Assembly: GCA_027623195.1 (NCBI GenBank)
Contig: JAQBUT010000002.1
Span: 111,193 to 175,192, forward strand
Reading direction: 5' to 3'
Length of the DNA: 64,000 nucleotides
Source: Chloroflexota bacterium
GTDB taxonomy: Bacteria > Chloroflexota > Dehalococcoidia > Lucifugimonadales > JADFKI01
The position numbers were made by a program, and so were the translations under genes. The notes beneath the pieces were generated by a model, which saw nothing but the letters and a program-made list of their open reading frames with translations, made no database searches and was not told the DNA's origin. This document shows positions 30,130 through 38,551 of this stretch, piece by piece; position 1 is the stretch's first letter; every line of letters begins with the position of its first letter.

Positions 30130-31578
30130 CTACCAGGTATCCTCGCAGTTATCGAGGTTAGTGTCGCTATTGGTTCCGTCGGGGCAGGTAGTGTCTCCCC
30201 ATTGAGCGTCGTTCCGGTTCCGGGCGTTGTCGAGATTCTCGGCATCGGTCAGGTCAGCGTTTCTCATGTCCGCATCTCTTATGTTGGCCTTGTCGAGATT
30301 TGCATCCTGAAGACTGGCGCCATTCAAATCGGCGTCGTCAAGTATGGCATTGCTGAGGTCAGCTCCATCCAGGGTTGCACCTTCGAACGTTATGTCGCCA
30401 AGTTCCATTCCCGATAAATCGGCGTCCGTAAGGTTGGCGTCGGTAAAATCGGTCCCGCTGCCCAGGATAGAGTTCGTGAAGTCCACATCCTCTAGTTGGG
30501 CGCTATCGAAATTCGCCCCTTCCAGAATGGTGTTAAAGAGCGTTGCGCCCGAGAGGTCGGCGTCTTCAAGGCTGGCGTCCGTCAGGTCTGCATCCGTCAG
30601 GTTTGCAATGCGCAGGTCGCTGCCGTCCAGGTTGGTCTGTATCATGCTGCTACCTGATAGGTCTGCGGCTACCAGGTATGCCTCGTCTATGATCATTCGG
30701 TCCAGGTTCAGATTCGTAAGGCTGGTGCCTCTCATTTGGGCATCTAGCAGACTTATGCCAATTACTATGGCTTCGTCGAAGTCCGCGTTCTTTAATTCTG
30801 CCCCGATGAATTTCGCGTCCACGAGGTTGGCGTTTCTGAAACTGGCATCCTCCGCGATAGCGTCGCTGAAGTCGGCTTTTTTCAGGTCCGCATCGTCCAT
30901 GACTGCGCCGGTCAGGTCGGCTCCCCGTAGGTTAACACCCACCATGATAGCGTCGCTAAGATCAGCACTCATGACGTCGGCATTAGTTAAAATTGCTCCA
31001 CTCAGGTCAGCCCCACTCAGGTCTGCACCTTCTAAATCTGCAGCCGTGAGATTGGCGTCCTTAAGGTTGGCCCCGCTGAGGTCCTTGCCGCTGAGCTTGG
31101 CCTTAGTCAGGTTGCATCCCTCTAAGTCGGCGTTAGGTGCGAAAAGGGTACACGGCACGGGAGTACGCGTAGCCGTGGGCTCAAGGGTCGCCGTCGGTTC
31201 CGGTGTCGGAGTGTCGGCTATAGGTGTAGCCGTGAACTCAGGAGTTGCCGTCGCTGTCGGCTCCGGCGTGTTGGTTGGCTCAGGCGTAGAAGTGGGTGGC
31301 GCCTGAGGAGTAAATGTCGCGGTTGGCTGGGGCTTGGGTGTGCTTGTTGCCGGCAACGCCGTCGCTGTTGGGGCAAGCGTGGCCGTAGGTATAGGTGTGT
31401 TGGATGGCTCCGGCGTTGGGGCAGGCGTGTCGGTTGGAGCAGCGGCCTGGTTATTGGATATGTCTGTCTGTCGCAAATCTTCCAAGACTTGCTCTCTGCT
31501 CGCCAATGCGTCCGAACAGGCTGTTATTAAGAGTAACAACAAAGGAACTGTCAATATGAAAGCAATATTGCGAATCAT
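30130..31578 (-). CDS. Pentapeptide-repeat lipoprotein with Pro/Thr-rich linker
   Basis: Signal peptide with LITAC lipobox, about 100 aa of PTxTP linker, roughly 60 A[DN]Lxx repeats, C-terminal TTCPDG cap. Confidence 0.9.
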   Translation of the reverse strand: MIRNIAFILTVPLLLLLITACSDALASREQVLEDLRQTDISNNQAAAPTDTPAPTPEPSNTPIPTATLAPTATALPATSTPKPQPTATFTPQAPPTSTPEPTNTPEPTATATPEFTATPIADTPTPEPTATLEPTATRTPVPCTLFAPNADLEGCNLTKAKLSGKDLSGANLKDANLTAADLEGADLSGADLSGAILTNADVMSADLSDAIMVGVNLRGADLTGAVMDDADLKKADFSDAIAEDASFRNANLVDAKFIGAELKNADFDEAIVIGISLLDAQMRGTSLTNLNLDRMIIDEAYLVAADLSGSSMIQTNLDGSDLRIANLTDADLTDASLEDADLSGATLFNTILEGANFDSAQLEDVDFTNSILGSGTDFTDANLTDADLSGMELGDITFEGATLDGADLSNAILDDADLNGASLQDANLDKANIRDADMRNADLTDAENLDNARNRNDAQWGDTTCPDGTNSDTNLDNCEDTW

Positions 31579-31842
31579 AGGTATCTCGGGTCCCCTCCTA
31601 GAGATATGGCGAAAAGATAACTCCGACAATGTATTTCAACGACAAAGTCTAAGAATCATTTAATGGAATTACAGGTGCGCATATCATGGTGAAGGTCTGA
31701 CCAAATTAGGGTCAATTCGTTATGGGGCCTTATATTGCGAATTTCTGAAACGCTAAATGCTCTTGGTGGGTTGCGAATACGTGTTTGAAGAGGTGTACAA
31801 GCCTTGGAATTTAACAAGACAAGTAAGAGATTGTTGATGAAG

Positions 31843-31871
31843 AAAAATGGGCCCGCCTTCATGGCGGGCCC
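31843..31871 (-). terminator. Rho-independent terminator of the membrane-protein pair
   Basis: GGGCCCGCC/GGCGGGCCC stem followed by ATTTTT on the minus strand. Confidence 0.75.
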
Positions 31872-31908
31872 TGGAGTTTCCGGTGAATACGGACGATGGC
31901 GTCCCGAT

Positions 31909-32646
31909 CTAAGAGAGCATCTCCCACAATCGGTTTGACTGCCAACGCAGCACTCGGACGATAGTTGCCAACGCCAACCCTATCCCAGCGAACAGGGACG
32001 CCATGCCAACGAATTTGAGAGGCTCCAGCCAGAGCTTTATGGCGTTGATAGTGCCAAGGTTGGCCAACAGACCGCTGCCCTCTAACGCGGGGTTGAGTTG
32101 AGTCGCAATCGAGTGGTTCCAGTAGCCGTACGCTAGCGCCGAAGTCGGAATGCTTATGATAAGCGCCGTCATGAGAATCATTGTGCCCATCATCATGAGC
32201 ATAGGGAACATCTTCGCCGTCATTGGAGGCTTTATGATCCGCACTTCCGCACCAAGGGCTTCCTGTACTCTTCCGCCGCCGGTCCTCAAGGCTCCTAGGA
32301 TTGTGGCCAGTAAGAAGGTAACGCCGCCCAGCATCATACCGACGCCAAAGAACTTCAGAGCGGGCAGCCAGATCTTCGTGGATTCGATGAAGGCTATTTG
32401 GGTGGCCAGTGCCGACCCTGTTGTGGCCGCCTCACGCGTTATCTTCGATGCGGCGAAATAGTCGGCCGCGACGCCCGAGGTAACGAGGCCAACGATGAAC
32501 GCTGCCACCACGATCATGAACCCCATGCCCAGGAACGGGACCCACATCTTGCTTGCCATGCTCTGCATCCCGGTCACTTCTACAGGTAGGCTGTTCGGTC
32601 CAAACAGAATGTCGTCTCTTTTGTTCGATATAGTTGTTGTTGCCAT
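31909..32646 (-). CDS. Uncharacterised membrane protein, two internal repeats (about 4 TM)
   Basis: RBS AAGGAG. Two hydrophobic hairpin modules, each with Y..S..T...A..GS.L...I...K.WL..LKF.G. Confidence 0.85.
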   Translation of the reverse strand: MATTTISNKRDDILFGPNSLPVEVTGMQSMASKMWVPFLGMGFMIVVAAFIVGLVTSGVAADYFAASKITREAATTGSALATQIAFIESTKIWLPALKFFGVGMMLGGVTFLLATILGALRTGGGRVQEALGAEVRIIKPPMTAKMFPMLMMMGTMILMTALIISIPTSALAYGYWNHSIATQLNPALEGSGLLANLGTINAIKLWLEPLKFVGMASLFAGIGLALATIVRVLRWQSNRLWEMLS

Positions 32647-32692
32647 TTCATAATCTCCTTCTTTTGATTGATTTGTACTGATGTTTCGGTCG

Positions 32693-33082
32693 TTACGCCT
32701 GGTGCTTACGAGCCCTAAGCTCCGGAAGCGCCGCCGCCATCGTGTTGGCCCTTAGCCTCACGTTCTTAAGAATGTTTACGAAGGCAAAGCCGAACCCTGC
32801 TATGAACATGGAAATGCCCAGGAATGCGAAGGGCAGCACCCAGTCCCTAACCGCTTCGATGCTTCCTAACTGTGACAGCAGTCCTGTGCCGGCCTCTGCG
32901 GCGTCACGGACCGCCTTGCTGTTGGAGTAATAGTCCCCCGTCATGATCGCCAGGACAATCCAGACGACCGCAGCGATCATCACTGTCATAGCCGCGCCGA
33001 ACCAGAAGACCGCTGCTGTCTTGATTAATGGGGACGTTCGCTTCGCCTCGCTACGTAGTTCATCGTTATTTTTGGTGGTCAA
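32693..33082 (-). CDS. Uncharacterised membrane protein, single copy of the same module (2 TM)
   Basis: TTG start after AAAGGAG. GDYYSNSKAVRDAAEAGTGLLSQLGSIEAVRDWVLPFAFLG aligns by eye with both repeats of the downstream gene. Confidence 0.82.
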   Translation of the reverse strand: MTTKNNDELRSEAKRTSPLIKTAAVFWFGAAMTVMIAAVVWIVLAIMTGDYYSNSKAVRDAAEAGTGLLSQLGSIEAVRDWVLPFAFLGISMFIAGFGFAFVNILKNVRLRANTMAAALPELRARKHQA

Positions 33083-33481
33083 ATTGTTCTCCTTTCTTTC
33101 CTATAACCAGGTCCCTCTAGAAATCAGCGCCGGTCTGCCCTTCTGTAGATCCCTCCGAGCAAGCCGTTCGTGTTGGCGCTGTTAATTGTTTCGATGTCGT
33201 TGACGTGCCATTAGTTTGGTAGTCTTATATACAAAAGGCCCAACTTAGTGGAATCCGCCACGGCCTCAACCTCCTCGGGTACTTGTTGCATCACAAAGAC
33301 AGCGAAACTCGTATTCGAATCCATTTGTTTAAAGGCCTTCGCATGGCGTAATGTTCTTCGAAAGGTTCCCGACCATGGATTGGTTACGCGCAAACCGGCA
33401 CCCAGGGCAGAATCGGTACGAAGAGCTAGGCCACCGATCGCGTCTTGATTTGGAATGCCAGGAGTAAAGAGAGGACTGAGA

Positions 33482-34696
33482 ATGAACATGTCTGAACCCA
33501 GCATCACTGTCTATGGAGCACCCTGGTGCCCGGACTGCAAAAGAGCGAAGCAATTTCTCGGCGAACAGCGCATCCCCTATAACTGGGTGGACATCGATCA
33601 GGATGAGGAGGGGCGCCAACGGGTCCAGGAGGTCAACGACGGCAAGCAGATCATCCCTACTATCGTATTTGAGGACGGTTCGTTGCTCGTGGAGCCTACT
33701 AACGCGGAGCTTGCGGCCAAGTTGGGCATTGAGGCCAAGGCAACGAGGAACTTTTACGATCTCATCGTAGTCGGTGGCGGCCCTGCCGGACTTTCCACTG
33801 CGCTGTACGCAGCCCGCGAGGGCATAGAGACCTTGATTATAGAGCGCAGCGCTGTTGGTGGTCAGGCGGGTGTCACCGAGCGCATAGACAACTATCTGGG
33901 CTTTTCGGACGGCATAGAGGGCGCGGAGCTTGCTAACCAGATGCGCCTCCATGCCGAGCGATTCGGAGCGGAGATCCTTCAGGCACAGAGCGTCACGAGC
34001 CTGAGCGCCATGGGCGACTATCGTCTGGTCACCACGGAATCGGGAGACGAGTACTGCGCAAGGGCCGTACTGTTGGCTGTGGGAACCCGTTATCGAAGGC
34101 TCAACGTACCCGGCGAGGAGGACTTCATCGGCGCGGGCGTCCACTTTTGCGCCACATGCGACGGCCCCTTTTACAAGGGACAGGACATGCTGGTAGTTGG
34201 CGGAGGCAACAGCGGCGTCGAGGAGGGTATCTTCCTCACGAAATTCGCGAACAAGGTCACGGTTTTAGAGCGGGGAGACCGCCTGGGCGCAAGCCAGGTG
34301 TTGCAGGACATGGCCGCCACCAACCCCAAGATAGAAATACGCACTTCCACTGTCGTAGAGGAGTTTCTCGGCAATGGCCGGCTTAGTGGGGTTAAGGTGA
34401 AGAACTTGGAGACGGGACAAACCGAGGTGATGCATCCTGGCGGGGTGTTCGTCTTCATCGGCCTAGACCCCAACACCGCATTCCTGAAGGGCACCGTGGA
34501 CCTGGACCAGTACGGATTCCTAAAGACGTATGACAACATGCAGACCAGCATGGACGGCGTATTCGCGTCGGGCGACTCTCGCGCGGGCAGCACCAAGCAG
34601 GTGGCCAGCGCGGTAGGCGAGGGAGCCGCTGCCGCCCTCATGATTCGGCAGTATCTGGAAAAGTTCGAAGGCAACAGAGGCTACAAGGGAGACTAG
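33482..34696 (+). CDS. Glutaredoxin/mycoredoxin-like domain fused to thioredoxin-disulfide reductase
   Basis: N-terminal YGAPWCPDC...IPTIVFEDGS, then GGGPAGLSTA, HFCATCDG, GGGNSG, TSMDGVFASGD. Confidence 0.92.
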   Translation: MNMSEPSITVYGAPWCPDCKRAKQFLGEQRIPYNWVDIDQDEEGRQRVQEVNDGKQIIPTIVFEDGSLLVEPTNAELAAKLGIEAKATRNFYDLIVVGGGPAGLSTALYAAREGIETLIIERSAVGGQAGVTERIDNYLGFSDGIEGAELANQMRLHAERFGAEILQAQSVTSLSAMGDYRLVTTESGDEYCARAVLLAVGTRYRRLNVPGEEDFIGAGVHFCATCDGPFYKGQDMLVVGGGNSGVEEGIFLTKFANKVTVLERGDRLGASQVLQDMAATNPKIEIRTSTVVEEFLGNGRLSGVKVKNLETGQTEVMHPGGVFVFIGLDPNTAFLKGTVDLDQYGFLKTYDNMQTSMDGVFASGDSRAGSTKQVASAVGEGAAAALMIRQYLEKFEGNRGYKGD

Positions 34697-34965
34697 TGGT
34701 GGAGCGAACGTTGGGCGTGCTTAAGGTCTTTGTTATCCAGGGGTGTCTGGGCTGCAAACGGGCGATGGAGTTGGCTAACTGGGTCAGGGGAATCAACCCT
34801 CGCCTGGTAGTTGAGATTATCGATCTCGCATTGAGTCCTAATGCGGGCCGCAACCTGGTCTTCGCGGTGCCGACGTACGTATACGATAATTCGCCTGTTT
34901 TCATAGGAAACCCCAGCCAGGGGCAGTTGAAGGCCTGGTTGGACGAGCTTGAAAAGGGAATCTGA
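34696..34965 (+). CDS. Small thioredoxin/glutaredoxin-fold CxxC protein
   Basis: GCLGC, VEIIDL, FAVPTY, GNPS. GTG start overlaps the reductase stop. Confidence 0.78.
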   Translation: MVERTLGVLKVFVIQGCLGCKRAMELANWVRGINPRLVVEIIDLALSPNAGRNLVFAVPTYVYDNSPVFIGNPSQGQLKAWLDELEKGI

Positions 34966-34973
34966 GGCACAAC

Positions 34974-35702
34974 TTGTGGTCTTCTTTTAACGGGCGCAAA
35001 AAGCAGCCTTCCATGCAGGAGCTTGAACTGGAGGAGTCCAGCAAGCTAGAGCTGTTCAGCGCAATGGATATCTTGCAGGACCTTCCGAAAAGTGAGATGG
35101 AGGCGCTAATGAACAGCACTCCCATGCACACTGCCAAAAAGGGAACGGAGTTCTACGGGTCCGATGGTCCGGAGGTGCTGTTCCTCCTCAAATCTGGCAA
35201 GGTCGAGATGTTCCGCCGGTCCATGGATGGCAAACGTCTGACCCTGGCTATTATAGGGCCCGGCACAGTTTTCGGTGAAATGTCATTGATCGGCCAACGC
35301 ATGGTTGGCACCTGCGCAAGGGCTATAGAAGACAGCGTAATTTGCGCGCTGAGCCGCTCCGATGTCGAGACGCTCATGTCAGAGCGACCACAGGTGGCGC
35401 TGCGAATCATTGCGGTGCTGGCAGGCAGGCTCCAGCAGACGAGGGACGCGCTAGAGGAGATGGTATTCAGCGATGTCACGGGCCGGGTATCGAGCCTTCT
35501 GCTCAGGATGGCCGACGACCACGACGTGATCGAGGGTTACTCTCACCAGGACCTGGCCTCGATGGTCGGCTGCCTGCGCGAAAGCTTCACGGCAGTCATT
35601 GATCGGTTCAAGGAGAGCGAGGCGCTGGTAACCGGTCGAAGGCGCATTGAGATAACCGACCGCACTCAATTGGAGCGAGTGGTCAGTCAGCGAATGGCCT
35701 GA
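34974..35702 (+). CDS. Crp/Fnr family transcriptional regulator
   Basis: LFLLKSGKV, GPGTVFGEMSL (cNMP-binding fold), HTH SHQDLASMVGCLRESFT. Confidence 0.92.
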   Translation: MWSSFNGRKKQPSMQELELEESSKLELFSAMDILQDLPKSEMEALMNSTPMHTAKKGTEFYGSDGPEVLFLLKSGKVEMFRRSMDGKRLTLAIIGPGTVFGEMSLIGQRMVGTCARAIEDSVICALSRSDVETLMSERPQVALRIIAVLAGRLQQTRDALEEMVFSDVTGRVSSLLLRMADDHDVIEGYSHQDLASMVGCLRESFTAVIDRFKESEALVTGRRRIEITDRTQLERVVSQRMA

Positions 35703-35817
35703 ACTGCTTTCAAATTGTCGAACGCAATGTAATCCGTCTTATTCGTTTGTACTTCGCCTATAGTTCCGGTGGTGATCAACATTCTTGATACAATTTAATT
35801 CAAGGGCCTCCGGTCAA

Positions 35818-35924
35818 TGTCATTCCGAGTCCGTCGCAACGGGCGAGGAATCTGAAGCGCGTCGACTATGAGGAAAGCATCGGTCTTAGATTCCTCTTTG
35901 CGCTTCGCTCCACTCGGAATGACA
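35818..35924. repeat. TGTCATTCCGAGT...ACTCGGAATGACA palindromic repeat (MITE/REP-like)
   Basis: Perfect 13-bp terminal inverted repeat plus internal GAGGAATCT/AGATTCCTC inverted repeat, between convergent genes. Confidence 0.88.
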
Positions 35925-36003
35925 AACCACTATCGTCTCTGAGTCCTGAGTGAAGTGAATATTTATCGTTCTACTGACCTAAATGGTTCCCCTTACACAC
36001 GTC

Positions 36004-37659
36004 CTACCCCGCGACCCACCTGCCGTAGACCGGGAACTGGCTGCAGATGAACTCAATGTAGGAAGGCTGGCCCGATTCGTTCGCCTTTAGGGCGCGTTCC
36101 AATGCAGGGATAATCTCGGACGGCTCACTGACACGCTCCGTGTATAGCCCTAGTCCCGCGATGACTTTGGACATGTCCACATCATCGTAGCCCTGCACAA
36201 CGTGGGTGTAAGGATCGTGTCCCTCTCCCCAGAACCCAGGGCCGTAACCCGAAAAACCGCCGTTGCTGATGTGTACGATGGTGATCCCCAGCTTCTGGCG
36301 AACCGGTACCTCAAGGTTGCCCAACATGTATCCCAGACCGGCCTCACCGGTGACCCCGACGCACTGCCTTTCCGGGAATGCCAACTTGGCAGCTATGGTG
36401 GCGGCCAGGCTGAATCCCAGCGTGGAGACATTGCCCCAACCCAGGAAGCCTCTAGGCATTAACGTGTCATACACGGTGCTCAACTGATCGCGGGTGTTGC
36501 CCGACTCGTGTGTGACGAACGAGTTGAGAGGGTCCAGCACCTTCATCAGGTCGCCATAGACACGGTATGGGTTCATCGGCGTATCTTCAGATACCATCGC
36601 CTCTCGGTACTGCGCAAGCCCGGAATCTCGCACCGACTTGACCTCGGCAGCGACATTTCCCGCGGCCCTACCTGCGCCGGAAGTTCTGGAAGATGTCTCG
36701 CTAATTAGCGCTTGAAGTGTGAATCGTGCGTCCCCGATGATGGCGTGGGCAGTCGGATATATCTTGTTGACATGCAGCTCGTTCACGTTGCAGTGAATGA
36801 TGGTCTTGCCGGCAGCGTCTGGTATTCCGTGGCTGAATCGACCGGGCGAAACGCTGGACCCGATGGCCAGTATGAGATCGCTCTTCTCCAGGTAGTGGGC
36901 CGTATGATCACCGCGCACGCCAACGAATAGCGGATGGTTTTCGGGGAAGGCGCCTTTGGCCTTCAGCGTTGTGATGACAGGCGTATTTACCAGCTCTGCA
37001 AAGGATTTCAATTCTGCCGACGCGCCTGCGTATATGACGCCCTCACCGGCGTAGATGAGCGGGTTTTGGGCTGCGAGTATCATGTCCACCGCCGAGGCAA
37101 CGTCTGCCGGGTCCGGTGCCGACTTCCAGCCCTTCACTGGCTTGTAAGGGTCGGCTGTCTCATCGTAGGTGCCTGTGGGGTCGGGAACGGCCAGAACTAC
37201 AGGCCCGGGGCTACCGCTTCGTAGCATGGTGAACGCCCGGCGCATGAACTCCGGTGTGCGCTCCGGCTTGTCGATGTAGCCGTACCACTTCGACACTGAC
37301 TTTAGGCTGGATGTGACGTCGAATTGGCTGTTCTCTGATGCTCCAATTGGTACGCCGTCGGTTATGCAGAGGATAGGTGAACCGTCCTCAAATGCCTGGG
37401 CCAGACCGGCGTAGGAATACTGGATACCGGCTGCGTTAACGCCGCCCTGAACGGTGCAGACGCCGATGCGCTGGCCTGCCGTTATGCGAGAAAAGCCGTC
37501 GGCAACGGCAATGGCATAGCGGTCGTCCCTCATCATAATCATCGGAACATTTTCACGTCCGAGAGCGTTGTTTACTCTGCAAACCGGGAAGGTGGAAACC
37601 CATTCGACCCCCTCTTGCTTGAGGATCCGTGCGATTGAACTGGCTACATCGATAGTCAT
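36004..37659 (-). CDS. Thiamine diphosphate-binding protein (acetolactate synthase-like superfamily), divergent
   Basis: ILKQEGV, ADGFSR, PGPVVL, PLIYAGEG, RGFLGWG, GEAGLG...SNGG variant ThDP motif. Confidence 0.88.
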   Translation of the reverse strand: MTIDVASSIARILKQEGVEWVSTFPVCRVNNALGRENVPMIMMRDDRYAIAVADGFSRITAGQRIGVCTVQGGVNAAGIQYSYAGLAQAFEDGSPILCITDGVPIGASENSQFDVTSSLKSVSKWYGYIDKPERTPEFMRRAFTMLRSGSPGPVVLAVPDPTGTYDETADPYKPVKGWKSAPDPADVASAVDMILAAQNPLIYAGEGVIYAGASAELKSFAELVNTPVITTLKAKGAFPENHPLFVGVRGDHTAHYLEKSDLILAIGSSVSPGRFSHGIPDAAGKTIIHCNVNELHVNKIYPTAHAIIGDARFTLQALISETSSRTSGAGRAAGNVAAEVKSVRDSGLAQYREAMVSEDTPMNPYRVYGDLMKVLDPLNSFVTHESGNTRDQLSTVYDTLMPRGFLGWGNVSTLGFSLAATIAAKLAFPERQCVGVTGEAGLGYMLGNLEVPVRQKLGITIVHISNGGFSGYGPGFWGEGHDPYTHVVQGYDDVDMSKVIAGLGLYTERVSEPSEIIPALERALKANESGQPSYIEFICSQFPVYGRWVAG

Positions 37660-37846
37660 AAATCATTCCTCTCATGTGATGGAGATTTTGTTCACCTTGA
37701 AATTCGACCCTACTTTACCATTTTGTGGCGGTTAGGTCATTGTCTAGGCATTCTGGGAAGAGATGGGCTGTTATCGTAGAGGCTTCTTCCTTGGCTAGAT
37801 GCTAGAAAAGCATACCCTTTAACAAGGGCATATGGAGCGTGGAGGG

Positions 37847-38515
37847 TTAATCTTCCGAAGGAAGAATGCCTTTGGCGATCTTGTCTTGGACTAGCCGTTC
37901 AACGTCAATTGCGGCATCAGATAGGCCTCCGCCGGGGAATCGTAACGCCCATTTGAACACGCCCGCTATCTCACCCGCAGTGCCTCTCAGGATAGATGGC
38001 TCGGCCTTTACCTGATCCAGCGCTTCGACCGACGCAGAAGCGATGCGCCTGTACAGCCGGTCCGTAACGGCCTGGAGATCGTCGCCTCCGGCTCTCTCCT
38101 CCTGATACCACTGCATAGCGTTGAACTGTAGCTTTTGCGTGCGAGGGTAGAAGGAGGCCATGAGATTCCAATCGTCGTTTTCGCCGTCCTGGTCTCCGCT
38201 TCGACGAAAGTCCGACCTCAGGATCACGCATGGAGTGTCCAGCATTTTCGCGTACATGAACTCCACCACGGTGCCGGAGTCTAACTCCGTGCCGTCGAAG
38301 TTGAAGATAGCAAGATCACACTCCATCAGCGTTTTCAGGTCTTGATTACGTATCTGTGCCGCCCGAGCGGAAGTCTGCTCCAGGTCTTGGGGCAGGACGC
38401 ATCGATACTTGCCATTAGAAACTTGCTCAATATGTGAAGCTAGCAGTGCGTTGCCGATGAGGTCTTTGTGGTCGAAAAGCTCCCCGGCGAAGTAGATTGT
38501 GTATTCGGTGGTCAT
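37847..38515 (-). CDS. Nucleoside 2-deoxyribosyltransferase / nucleotide N-glycosidase family
   Basis: IYFAGELF, LPQD, DLAIFNFDGTELDSGTVVE, SDFR, WNLM. Confidence 0.88.
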   Translation of the reverse strand: MTTEYTIYFAGELFDHKDLIGNALLASHIEQVSNGKYRCVLPQDLEQTSARAAQIRNQDLKTLMECDLAIFNFDGTELDSGTVVEFMYAKMLDTPCVILRSDFRRSGDQDGENDDWNLMASFYPRTQKLQFNAMQWYQEERAGGDDLQAVTDRLYRRIASASVEALDQVKAEPSILRGTAGEIAGVFKWALRFPGGGLSDAAIDVERLVQDKIAKGILPSED

Positions 38516-38551
38516 GTTTTCCCCTTTGGGCCTGCCAATTTTGGATTAAGC

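Noticed and set aside
30344..31306. 320-aa plus-strand ORF and other long antisense ORFs (for example 2153-2929, 24951-25661, 33329-34144, 44050-44778, 47975-49099)
   Set aside because: They overlap well-supported genes on the opposite strand or in another frame, carry no recognisable motifs, and are typical shadow ORFs of GC-rich coding DNA.
33083..33481. CRP/FNR binding site in the divergent promoter
   Set aside because: Only a half site (TCACA near 33291) is present; there is no convincing TGTGA-N6-TCACA or TTGAT-N4-ATCAA.
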